From the IMG/VR virus record IMGVR_UViG_3300002054_000008, positions 1 through 64,000 of that record: 64,000 nucleotides of DNA; one strand, written 5' to 3'. Source of the DNA: a virus. Its lineage: Duplodnaviria > Caudoviricetes. The translations under genes were made by a program, and so were the position numbers. Shown one piece after another: positions 55,717-64,000 of the stretch (position 1 is its first letter; each line of letters starts with the position of its first letter). The notes beneath the pieces were generated by a model. The model searched no databases and was not told the DNA's origin. It worked only from the letters and a program-made list of their open reading frames with translations.

Positions 55717-56046
55717 ATGGAATACTCTGATACTGAAAAAGCTCAAATTGAAGCTTTAGGTGCTAGTGCATCTAACAAACAGAAAACTGCTCCTCGACGT
55801 AAACCTCGTGCAGTGTATATTGTACAAGAAGGCGAGGGTGGCCCAATCTATCGGATTGAAACGCCAGAGTCCTATGCTGGACGAAAGCAAATTTCTTCGA
55901 GCAACGTAACGTCTCTTAAAAAACTCGCACGAATTAAACGTGTGCGTGATAGAGGTTATGTGAAACGTCTAGCAACTAATGCAGATGTTCGTCGCTATGG
56001 CCCTGCAATCGTAATGCCAGCAGGTGACGAGAAAGCCGCAGCATGA
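55717..56046 (+). CDS. Basic hypothetical protein
   Basis: TAAGGA RBS before MEYSDTE. Confidence 0.6.
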   Translation: MEYSDTEKAQIEALGASASNKQKTAPRRKPRAVYIVQEGEGGPIYRIETPESYAGRKQISSSNVTSLKKLARIKRVRDRGYVKRLATNADVRRYGPAIVMPAGDEKAAA

Positions 56047-56231
56047 TTAAGTTAGAAACTTACTCTGAACAAGTAGGGCCGAGACGAGATAAGTCTTGGC
56101 GCTATAAAATCACACTTGGAACTCGCTCTCCAATCAGATTGACTAATGTATGGCCGAAAGGTTATGCAACAGAGCAAGCTGCCAAGAAAGCTGGGAGACG
56201 AGCCATTGATAGGTTTAAAAGAGAACTCTGA
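56043..56231 (+). CDS. Small basic protein (AP2/Arm-like DNA-binding pattern)
   Basis: WRYKI...KGYATEQAAKKA; ATGA coupling. Confidence 0.5.
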   Translation: MIKLETYSEQVGPRRDKSWRYKITLGTRSPIRLTNVWPKGYATEQAAKKAGRRAIDRFKREL

Positions 56232-56434
56232 AAATGCCATAGCTTTAAAGGAATGTCTAACTCGCAATAAAGACACTATGGTTCCCCGAAAGCCATACTT
56301 CGAGTTCCTACGGGACTGGAATGAGGTTGCATTTAAGGATAAAATGAACCATGATGCTTGGACAGAGTTTCATTCTCGTAGGGGTGACCCTATAAAAGTG
56401 AGGACTTTGTATTTGCGTAAACTACTGGAGGCTT

Positions 56435-56956
56435 ATGATGGGCGTAGCTAAAGAATTAGAGAGAATGTTTAATCGTCTGCAAGTAAGCGACGAATATACT
56501 TTCCCTGAATTTATTCTTGGTGAACTCAATCACCTTAATTGGGAATTGAAAGTCCCCGTTAGGGAAACCATGCGTAGACGTGGGGTAACCTATCAGAGAG
56601 TTAGGCATCGGCCTAGATTAAAGTACAAAGGCAAAACTGATTACTTGAACAGACAGTTATTCAGACACTTTATGTCAGATGATATTGAAGGGAAAAAACT
56701 AATCCCTAACGGTTCAAGGCAGGACTATAACCCACACCACTGGCGAGTAGGTGTGGAGGAAGCGAAGAAACCAGTGTCCGTGCAAACAACTCCGACTGTA
56801 ATTGACCCCGAAGTTTATCAACTCGTTGAAGAACTGAAAAGACGGGAAAATGCTGGAGAAGATGTTTGGCAAGGTGTAGACGAAATGTTTACAGAATTGG
56901 AAATCGCTCAAGCCAAAGAGATTATGAATGACGAAATCAGAGAGAACGAAGCTTAA
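56435..56956 (+). CDS. Hypothetical protein
   Basis: GGAGG RBS. Confidence 0.6.
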   Translation: MMGVAKELERMFNRLQVSDEYTFPEFILGELNHLNWELKVPVRETMRRRGVTYQRVRHRPRLKYKGKTDYLNRQLFRHFMSDDIEGKKLIPNGSRQDYNPHHWRVGVEEAKKPVSVQTTPTVIDPEVYQLVEELKRRENAGEDVWQGVDEMFTELEIAQAKEIMNDEIRENEA

Positions 56957-57257
56957 AAGAGCTTGGGTAACCAAACTCAAACAAACTTTAGGCTGTGCTG
57001 TATGTGGTATTGGGGTTCCCGAAGCACTACAGTTCCACCATCTTGAAGACCACGTTAAAGAAAAATCAATCTCTAGGCTGTTATCCAATAGTGCTGGACT
57101 ACCAAAAATAATGGTTGAAATTGAAAAATGTAGTTGCTTGTGTAGCAATCATCATTTAATGCTGCATAGTGAGAAATACAAGATGCCAAAATTGAAACCA
57201 ATTATTGTACCCAAGTTCATGAAGGACTTAGCCAAAAAGCAGGGAATTTTAAAATGA
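56928..57257 (+). CDS. HNH-like endonuclease
   Basis: CAVCG...LQFHH...K...EIEKC..LCSNHH..LH. Confidence 0.75.
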   Translation: MTKSERTKLKRAWVTKLKQTLGCAVCGIGVPEALQFHHLEDHVKEKSISRLLSNSAGLPKIMVEIEKCSCLCSNHHLMLHSEKYKMPKLKPIIVPKFMKDLAKKQGILK

Positions 57258-57511
57258 GAAAACCCTTCCCATTCACTCTTCTTGTTAGTGCACGAGACGA
57301 GGATATAACTCCCGTAATCCAAACTGCCATTGGTAAATATATCCAAGAGGTAGCAACACAAATATACCCCACTGCCCCCGCTGCGGACATTGAGCGTATT
57401 TATCGACAGCAGCATCAACCACACTACGAGGCACTTGCCCTCTTAATTACAAAGGAACTAAAAGACTATGCCAAAACTTCTACCTCTAATCCTAGTAGGG
57501 GGACTACCTAA
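57254..57511 (+). CDS. Hypothetical protein
   Basis: ATGA coupling. Confidence 0.55.
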   Translation: MRKPFPFTLLVSARDEDITPVIQTAIGKYIQEVATQIYPTAPAADIERIYRQQHQPHYEALALLITKELKDYAKTSTSNPSRGTT

Positions 57512-57977
57512 ATCAGGAAAGTCCTCTTTCATCAACCGAATTGCCCCTTCAATAAAAGGAGTAAAGGTTTTCAATGATGAAAGCTATGTATCACAGGTCA
57601 ACCCACGAGGCCGAGACTACGCCCTAGACTACGCAGAGAATGCTGAAAATCTTGTCAGGCAAGCAATGGTTAAGGATGTTGCACTAGCGGCCTACAACAG
57701 AAAACCTGTTATTGCTGAAAGCAGCTTTTTTGTCGATGCAGCCATTAGAGCAGAGTATCGTCAAAAGACTTTAACTCGTGACCATATGCCTATCTATGTG
57801 TCAGTTTTTATCCCTGAAAAAATCAGGAACAAAAACAAGGTACTTGACAAGTACACAGAAGCTGATAACCAAATGCTGATGCAACGCAACAAACGGCCTC
57901 GAAAGGGCGAAGGATTTGTTGTTATGTCAGTGAGAGAGGTAATTGAATACCTCAAAGAGTATAATGGAACTATCTAA
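57468..57977 (+). CDS. P-loop kinase (polynucleotide-kinase/AAA_33-like)
   Basis: LILVGGLPKSGKS, R..Y, P...EGF. Confidence 0.7.
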   Translation: MPKLLPLILVGGLPKSGKSSFINRIAPSIKGVKVFNDESYVSQVNPRGRDYALDYAENAENLVRQAMVKDVALAAYNRKPVIAESSFFVDAAIRAEYRQKTLTRDHMPIYVSVFIPEKIRNKNKVLDKYTEADNQMLMQRNKRPRKGEGFVVMSVREVIEYLKEYNGTI

Positions 57978-58188
57978 ACTTTTGAGAGCCGTGAGGAAAC
58001 AAGCTATCAACGAATGTCAGGCTCTGGTTCGTAAGAACCCTGACGACGATAGATATGTACTCGCGGCTCGAATGTCAGACTTGAAATTACTCAAGCCTCT
58101 GACACCAGAAATTAACACATTAAAACAGGAATACGAAAATGCAACTGAAAAAAGAGAAAATCAAGCACCAGTCGGGAGGACTGTCTAA
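57964..58188 (+). CDS. Hypothetical protein
   Basis: ORF in operon. Confidence 0.5.
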   Translation: MELSKLLRAVRKQAINECQALVRKNPDDDRYVLAARMSDLKLLKPLTPEINTLKQEYENATEKRENQAPVGRTV

Positions 58189-60433
58189 CGTAACAGCTTT
58201 TGGCCTAGATGCTTCAAGCGCCTCCACTATTATCGGAATGTTAACTCGCCAATACAGTGACCCTGAAATGGCTTTCATTCGCGAAACTTCTTCTAATGCC
58301 TACGACGCCCATATAGCCGCAGGTACAACTGACAAAGCTTTTGACATTCATATCCCAACTAACTTTGCCCCACACGTAGAAATTCGTGATTACGGCACAG
58401 GTTTGTCAAAAGACTTCATGCTGAACAAGTACACACAGGTTGGTCACTCAACAAAACGTAAGAGTAACAACCAAATTGGCGGCTTTGGTATTGGTCGATT
58501 GAGCTTCCTAATTGTGACAGAGCAAGCAGCTATTACTTCATATCATAATGGTATGAAAGCCAGCTACACTGTTAATTATGATGCTGATGGTCAGTTGCTT
58601 ATCTCTCTTACAGATGAACGCGAGACTACTGAACCTAATGGTTTACGCCTTAAATTCCCTGTACAAACAAACCGTATCAAGGCTTTCCAAGTCGCTGCTG
58701 AAAAATACTTTAGCCGCGTATCTGCAACTCTACCAAACTTCAAAGGTGAACCTTTACAAATCACACCACCTGCCTACTCTCATAAGACACACCGTTGGGG
58801 TGTTCGAACAAATGGTTCAACAGGAGTTATTTATGCTGTTATGGGTAATATTGCGTACCCTGTTAAAACAGACACTCTAAAGTATGATAGCAAGTTTAAT
58901 GATGTTCGTTCACTATTAGACTCTCGCCTAGACTTATTCTTCAATATTGGTGAGGTTATCCCTGTGCCAACTCGTGAGAATTTGGATATGTGTGACCAAA
59001 CTATGGATGGTCTACTAAAAGCTCTGACAGATGCTAAAACAGAACTTGTGACCACTCTTGAAGCACAGATTGCGAGTTCAGCTAACCGCTGGCAAGCTTA
59101 CAAAGCTTGGAATCAGATGTATTCCGCAGCGTCTTACGAGTTTGGTGCTGTATTACGTGACCTTGACCTAAAATATAAAGGTGAAGAAGTTTATCGCATG
59201 AAGTTCGACTTCGGTAATATCGTGAAAATGATTGACGACCCATCCGCTTCTACAGACCCAAAAGACCCTAGCTTCGGAAAGCAGCTTTCTTCCCGTCAGC
59301 TTACTTTCCACTCACGTCGTGAGTCAAGCTGGAACTCAAATAGTAAGTTCTCATGGTCTAAAGGTAACACGGAAGTTAGCTCTAATCACAGAGACTTCCT
59401 GACACACGTATTTATTTACAATGATGTTAAGAAGGGTATTCGCCCAACTATCGACTATAACTTACAGAATGCCTCTACTCGTATCGAACTGGTAACTGGC
59501 CCACGCGAAGCATGGGATAAGTTTATGGCTCGTGAGATTGACCGTGGTGTCAATAAGAAAGCTTTCCGTTACGCTAGTAAGCTTCTGCCTAAGCCTAAAT
59601 CTGCTAAGGTTAAGCCAACTAATGTTCAGATAGATTATATCAGTAGCACCAGAAGTCTACACTCCAATCTTTGGGGAAGCTTCTGTAACTACAAAGATAT
59701 TAGTGGTTTTGATGGTAAGCAGTATTATGTTCGGGCTAGTAACTTCTGTGTTGAAGATGATGTACTTGAACTTTATCAGAAGTTAAAGAACTACACAAAA
59801 TTAGGTTTATTAGAACCTATTAACATTATCGTGGTCAACAAGAAAAATGTTCCCTATATCCAAGATGATTGGGAACCTCTTGAAAACTACGTGAAAGTTG
59901 ACCCAAAGAAGGTCAAGAAAAAGAAGAGACTGGTACGTCAAGCCCTATACTTGGGCATGAAGAAAGCTTATCTCGCAGACATGTTGTCTGATAACTTCGA
60001 AGACCACAAACTGGTCTCTAGCTCCAGACGATGGAGTGAAATTGCACAGAAGAGGGTCACAACAAAACGTGATAAACCTCTTGGCGCTTTGCTTAAAGAT
60101 AATCGTGATGTATTCCTAGCTGTGGAAGACATGCGCTATCTGGTTAACAAACTTAACTCTCAAATTGCAGAGTTAGGAGCCACCCAACCACTACAGGAAT
60201 TTTCCCGTCAAGTGATTGGCCGCGAAGGTTGGCTTGAGGACAATGCTTATCAAGCATTGGCTGACTCATATGAGCTTGATTATCAGGCTTTAAGAGACGC
60301 AGCAACAGCACAGAGTCGAGGTATGGATATTACTGTTGACTATGTAAATTCTCAAGTCTACTACGTCGTGGAACACATGGGAGGTCGAGGAAGATTTGAC
60401 CTCAATCAACTTAAAAAGGAACTATCAAAATGA
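58139..60433 (+). CDS. rIIA: rIIA-like protein with N-terminal GHKL ATPase
   Basis: YSD...IRE..SNA.DAH, IRDYGTGL, STK..SN..IGGFGIG, MGNIAYP, RE.L; paired with rIIB. Confidence 0.85.
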   Translation: MQLKKEKIKHQSGGLSNVTAFGLDASSASTIIGMLTRQYSDPEMAFIRETSSNAYDAHIAAGTTDKAFDIHIPTNFAPHVEIRDYGTGLSKDFMLNKYTQVGHSTKRKSNNQIGGFGIGRLSFLIVTEQAAITSYHNGMKASYTVNYDADGQLLISLTDERETTEPNGLRLKFPVQTNRIKAFQVAAEKYFSRVSATLPNFKGEPLQITPPAYSHKTHRWGVRTNGSTGVIYAVMGNIAYPVKTDTLKYDSKFNDVRSLLDSRLDLFFNIGEVIPVPTRENLDMCDQTMDGLLKALTDAKTELVTTLEAQIASSANRWQAYKAWNQMYSAASYEFGAVLRDLDLKYKGEEVYRMKFDFGNIVKMIDDPSASTDPKDPSFGKQLSSRQLTFHSRRESSWNSNSKFSWSKGNTEVSSNHRDFLTHVFIYNDVKKGIRPTIDYNLQNASTRIELVTGPREAWDKFMAREIDRGVNKKAFRYASKLLPKPKSAKVKPTNVQIDYISSTRSLHSNLWGSFCNYKDISGFDGKQYYVRASNFCVEDDVLELYQKLKNYTKLGLLEPINIIVVNKKNVPYIQDDWEPLENYVKVDPKKVKKKKRLVRQALYLGMKKAYLADMLSDNFEDHKLVSSSRRWSEIAQKRVTTKRDKPLGALLKDNRDVFLAVEDMRYLVNKLNSQIAELGATQPLQEFSRQVIGREGWLEDNAYQALADSYELDYQALRDAATAQSRGMDITVDYVNSQVYYVVEHMGGRGRFDLNQLKKELSK

Positions 60434-61281
60434 CAAAAACAATTACAACTATCCCACATACATGGACAGGAAATACACTAAGCTTCACCGACCTACGGGA
60501 CGGTGAACAACATGTAGTACCAAACACTCATGTCAGCTACACTCGGATTAAACAAGCAATCCAAGCAGACGACATTGATACTGCGGTTCGCCTGTTCAAC
60601 TTCGAAGAAAGTGTTGCAATCCAATCCAACGGGTCTGTAACTATCGAGGACGGTGTTGTCTCTTATAAGGGATTACCCGTAACTAACTCAATCTCGGAAA
60701 TGATTGTTCGCATGATGCGTGAAGGTTTAGACTTCCAGCCCCTTGCAAACTTCCTAGCCAAGATTTTGGAAAATCCTTCATACAGTTCTCGTGAGCAACT
60801 ACATGGATTTATCGAGAAGTATCTATTCTCGATTACTCCAGAAGGAAACTTCCTAGCTTATCGTGTCGTTACCCACGATTGGAAAGATAAGCACACACGG
60901 TCTATTGACAACTCTGTCGGTACAACTGTTACCATGCCTCGTGATGAAGTAGACGAAAATCCTAATCGGACTTGTTCTGCTGGATTGCATGTGTGTGGTA
61001 GAAGCTACGTTAAGAGTTTCAAACACGGCAATGACAGGCTAACGCTTGTTTCAGTCAATCCTCGCGATGTGGTCGCTATCCCTACTGACTACAACGATGC
61101 TAAGATGCGTGTATGCGAATACACGGTTATTGGCGAGATTGGCGAAAACTTCCAAGAGAGTGAAGTCTCTCCTGTTGCGCGAACTAAGAAAGTTCAGATG
61201 CGCGACAAAAATGGACGTTTCACGTCGCAAATGGCATTCGAGCCTATCCCGAAAGCCGAACTCGACACAAATTGGGACTAG
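60430..61281 (+). CDS. rIIB: rIIB-like protein
   Basis: F......NPS, ITPEG.FLAY, DNSVG..V.MPR..VD, CSAGLH, VNPRDVV.IP.DYN..KMRVCEY. Confidence 0.88.
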   Translation: MTKTITTIPHTWTGNTLSFTDLRDGEQHVVPNTHVSYTRIKQAIQADDIDTAVRLFNFEESVAIQSNGSVTIEDGVVSYKGLPVTNSISEMIVRMMREGLDFQPLANFLAKILENPSYSSREQLHGFIEKYLFSITPEGNFLAYRVVTHDWKDKHTRSIDNSVGTTVTMPRDEVDENPNRTCSAGLHVCGRSYVKSFKHGNDRLTLVSVNPRDVVAIPTDYNDAKMRVCEYTVIGEIGENFQESEVSPVARTKKVQMRDKNGRFTSQMAFEPIPKAELDTNWD

Positions 61282-61302
61282 CGGGAAGGTCTTCCGCACA
61301 TA

Positions 61303-61331
61303 GGGTGAGGCAGCGTCTTACTGCCTCACCC
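61303..61331 (+). terminator. 11-bp hairpin after rIIB
   Basis: GGGTGAGGCAG/CTGCCTCACCC; weak U-tract. Confidence 0.5.
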
Positions 61332-61364
61332 ACTTAACATAACACAGAAACAGAAAGATATACT

Positions 61365-62102
61365 ATGTACGATATACGTGAAAAAGCCCTACGGCGCTTC
61401 GAAGCAGGTGAGCGTAAGCCCCTGTTAACTCGTGGTAACCCTAAGACTGAAAAGTCTGTCAAGAAAGGTTACTTAACTGCAATTCTACACTTATCCCCTG
61501 CCGACATGGTTGCAAAGAAAACTTTGTGTCCATTCGCCTCTGCTGGCTGTAAAGCCGCGTGTTTAAACACGGCTGGACGTGGTGCTCTACATATGATGAA
61601 GGGTGATGCTCACCCTGTTCAAGATGCTCGCGCACTACGCACAATTTGGTGGGAAAAATCTCGTCAGAGTTTCCTAGTACAGTTAAAACGTGAGATTACT
61701 AACTTCATCAAGTATTCTAAGTCAAAGGGTTTAACTCCCTGTATTCGACTTAATGGTACATCTGATATTCTTTGGGAACGTCACGATATTATTCAGAAGT
61801 TCCCTGATGTTCAATTTTACGATTATACTAAAATTCCTAATCGTAAAAACCTACCAGACAACTATCACCTGACGTTTTCAGCAGTTGAGGACAATGACAA
61901 CTCTTCTGCACTAACACTTGCACAAGGTACAAACGTAGCTGCGGTATTCCATAAGCTACCAAAGACTTGGCTTGGTTACCCTGTGGTAGATGGAGACGAC
62001 ACAGACCTACGTTTCCTAGACCCTAAAGGTGTCGTCATAGGTCTTAAAGCGAAAGGACAAGCTAAAAATGACACGTCAGGCTTTGTTAAAAAAGCGGCAT
62101 AA
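61365..62102 (+). CDS. GP88-like (radical-SAM-related) protein
   Basis: CPFASAGCKAACL, RLNGTSDI.WE, FYDYTK, NYHLTFS, DGD..DLRFLD, GLKAKG. Confidence 0.75.
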   Translation: MYDIREKALRRFEAGERKPLLTRGNPKTEKSVKKGYLTAILHLSPADMVAKKTLCPFASAGCKAACLNTAGRGALHMMKGDAHPVQDARALRTIWWEKSRQSFLVQLKREITNFIKYSKSKGLTPCIRLNGTSDILWERHDIIQKFPDVQFYDYTKIPNRKNLPDNYHLTFSAVEDNDNSSALTLAQGTNVAAVFHKLPKTWLGYPVVDGDDTDLRFLDPKGVVIGLKAKGQAKNDTSGFVKKAA

Positions 62103-62230
62103 GTTTAGACCGCAACCCGTTGTACTACTACCTATAGCTTACTCTCGACCATCTAGGGAGCTTGAAATGGTATTCAACACAGAAACAGGAGAACTAGAAC
62201 GTGGCTAAAGTAATAGACCAAACTCAAACA

Positions 62231-62677
62231 TCATCTTCCTGTATTGAGGATTCTAATGGGTTTATTTTCACGGAGAATATAGTTTCTAGGATTACCATGT
62301 AAAATTTTCTTACAGGCCGAGAAACACAAACCCAGTTCGACTGATGCTTGATGGATACTATTAAAATTTCTACCGAGTATATTAACTGGTTGGGCCTTAC
62401 TACCTGAATCAAATCCTTGACCACCATTGGCACAATTATAGGACATGGAATCAGACTTATTAACTATCTGTGATTCGTACTCGAAAGCCAGTTCGCGGGT
62501 AGAAAATTGCTTTAAAGTCTTACGTTTAAACTTGTGTCTACCATACTTACGAATAGCAGCTTTCAAAGCTGTTCCACTACCTAAATATCTGCAATTTTTG
62601 CAGTTACAAGAATGGACTCCAATGTAGTATTTGCCATTGACTAGATTAGTGGTTTTATATACTAGGTGTTTTGTCAT
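62231..62677 (-). mobile_element. Free-standing GIY-YIG (Seg-like) homing endonuclease, antisense to neighbours
   Basis: VYKTTNLVNGKYYIG, YLGSG..LK.AI.KYG...F, A..YE, YN..GG. Confidence 0.85.
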
Positions 62678-62860
62678 TGAATTACCTCTTTAGTGACAGC
62701 CAGTGGATGCTCCAACATCACGACTGGCAACAACTTAAAATAAACAAGGAGAAAAGTCAATGAAGTAGATTGGGTATAAACTAACACTGGAAAAAATTTT
62801 TCAGAAAAGGGGAGCGACTTTTCAACGCTCACAAACAGAAACATAAATGGAGAAAATAAC

Positions 62861-63097
62861 ATGAAACCTGTACAAGTAGACTCAAGCATGATTAAGACAA
62901 TCGCATACATCACACGTCAAAATGCCGATGGAACTATCGACTATAAATTGCGCGTTATGTTCAATAGCGGAGATGTCTATGACTACGCAGAAGTTCCACT
63001 CGATATTTACAACCGAGTTATCTCTGCCAAATCAGTAGGCAAAACTTTCAACGTACTCGTCAAAGACGGTGGTTATGATTTCACAAAGTTCAACTAG
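62861..63097 (+). CDS. KTSC-domain protein
   Basis: VDSSMI..IAY...L.V.F.SG.VY.Y..VP...Y......S.GK.FN. Confidence 0.85.
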   Translation: MKPVQVDSSMIKTIAYITRQNADGTIDYKLRVMFNSGDVYDYAEVPLDIYNRVISAKSVGKTFNVLVKDGGYDFTKFN

Positions 63098-63449
63098 ACA
63101 ACAAGTCATAGAACTGTGGGAAACCACTGGATTTAATGCGAAGTACATTGCATATAAATTCGGCCTGACAGAGCAATCTGTCAGGTCAATCGTTCAGGGC
63201 ATTAAAGGCCCAAAGAAAGAAAAACACGCACTATCCGGCTATCATAGAGCAATCGGCATGAAGCTGATTGACAAGAGGTTAGAGAGTAAGTTAAGTAGAA
63301 AAGAATTTGCAGCCGCTTGTGGAATGTCCCACTTTAGGCTAAGTGACTTAGAGAAAGGTTATGATGAAATCACAATTTCCGAACTCATATTCGCAGAACT
63401 CCTCACGGACGTTGCGTTATTGGACACAGCGCTACTGGAGAATGAGTAA
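63075..63449 (+). CDS. HTH DNA-binding protein (XRE-like C-terminus)
   Basis: IA.KFGL...SVR; LSRKEFAAACGMS...LSDLEKG. Confidence 0.7.
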   Translation: MISQSSTRQQVIELWETTGFNAKYIAYKFGLTEQSVRSIVQGIKGPKKEKHALSGYHRAIGMKLIDKRLESKLSRKEFAAACGMSHFRLSDLEKGYDEITISELIFAELLTDVALLDTALLENE

Positions 63450-63560
63450 ACAACTCCGAGCTAGGAAGCAGGAGATTGGTCTCACTAGAATGACCAAGAA
63501 TTATCTGAAAGAATGTCCCCTTGAGCACACCCGCTTGAGACAATTAGTAGAGGCTTATCA

Positions 63561-64000
63561 ATGTCAACTGTCAACTGTTATGGTGTCCACTCCGATGAAG
63601 TCGGCCTAAGATACCTCGTCCAAGACACAATAACCAACGCTTATGGTTTCTCTAAACAGGAACCATTTGAAGTAGAGACGACGTTTGGTCACGGAAAATG
63701 TCCTCACAGACATAAAATTACAAAGGACAAAAAAGGTTCAAAGCATAGAGCAGCTTGGGTTGCCAGTCCTGTTCCACTACCACTAAGTGGTTCAGTCGCA
63801 CATCGTGATGAAGATATAGGAATACTTGCAGCCTTTAGCGGGGCGCATATTATACCTGCTTGGATGTTAAATCAGCATACACTTAGGGCAAGGTTATTTG
63901 TATCTAATATCACAACATTAATTATTCCTAACTGTACAATGCAACAGGCAGAGATTTTAAATGAAGTCCAATCTGGCCTAGACACATTCACGGGCAAGGT
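63561..64000 (+). CDS. Hypothetical protein, runs off the window end
   Basis: AGAGG RBS, ATG at 63561 (MSTVNCYGVHSDEVG...), open to 64000. Confidence 0.6.
   Translation, partial: MSTVNCYGVHSDEVGLRYLVQDTITNAYGFSKQEPFEVETTFGHGKCPHRHKITKDKKGSKHRAAWVASPVPLPLSGSVAHRDEDIGILAAFSGAHIIPAWMLNQHTLRARLFVSNITTLIIPNCTMQQAEILNEVQSGLDTFTGK

Noticed and set aside
62103-62860. Group I intron around the GIY-YIG gene
   Set aside because: Flanking GP88-like and KTSC genes are complete, and I could not identify intron core elements by eye.
63562-63578. TGTCAAC 7-bp duplication as a frameshift
   Set aside because: The downstream ORF has its own ATG (63561) and RBS and reads through the repeat in frame.
1-64000. 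Prophage/lysogeny module or DNA polymerase
   Set aside because: No integrase, CI-like repressor, host genes or family A/B polymerase motifs in this window; they could lie outside it.

Overview
A 64-kb segment of a lytic-looking, long-tailed dsDNA phage (siphovirus). Its tRNA-His signature suggests an alphaproteobacterial host. In order: (1) 1-7210 (+): tRNA cluster with an ART-like ORF and RtcB RNA ligase, class I RNR (nrdA, nrdB fused to glutaredoxin) and an ATP-dependent DNA ligase. (2) 7140-38794 (-): complete late operon, with gpA-type terminase, portal, head-fibre-like cassette, protease/scaffold, decoration, capsid, neck, tail tube, frameshifted chaperone, tape measure, lambda-like M/L/K/I/J tail tip with a ~2,450-aa modular J, and a lysis cassette containing a serine protease. 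(3) 38837-43186: Prim-Pol/D5 primase-helicase and small genes. (4) ~43200-64000 (+): early/accessory region with many small ORFs, HD hydrolase, macrodomain, SleB hydrolase, a second tRNA cluster, HNH and GIY-YIG nucleases, a kinase, rIIA/rIIB, GP88-like and KTSC genes. The most striking unexplained signals are two 83-nt Arg tRNA-like genes that lack a D-arm and carry a D-loop-like element 3' of the anticodon arm (supported by compensatory changes), a dispersed 16-bp palindrome family AGTCCTAnnTAGGACT confined to the early region, and a second dispersed 13-mer TTCCACTAACACT. Others are a tandem 20-bp palindrome operator among the tRNAs, several frameshifted genes and apparent GATC avoidance. 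All calls come from reading motifs by eye; no database searches were run.
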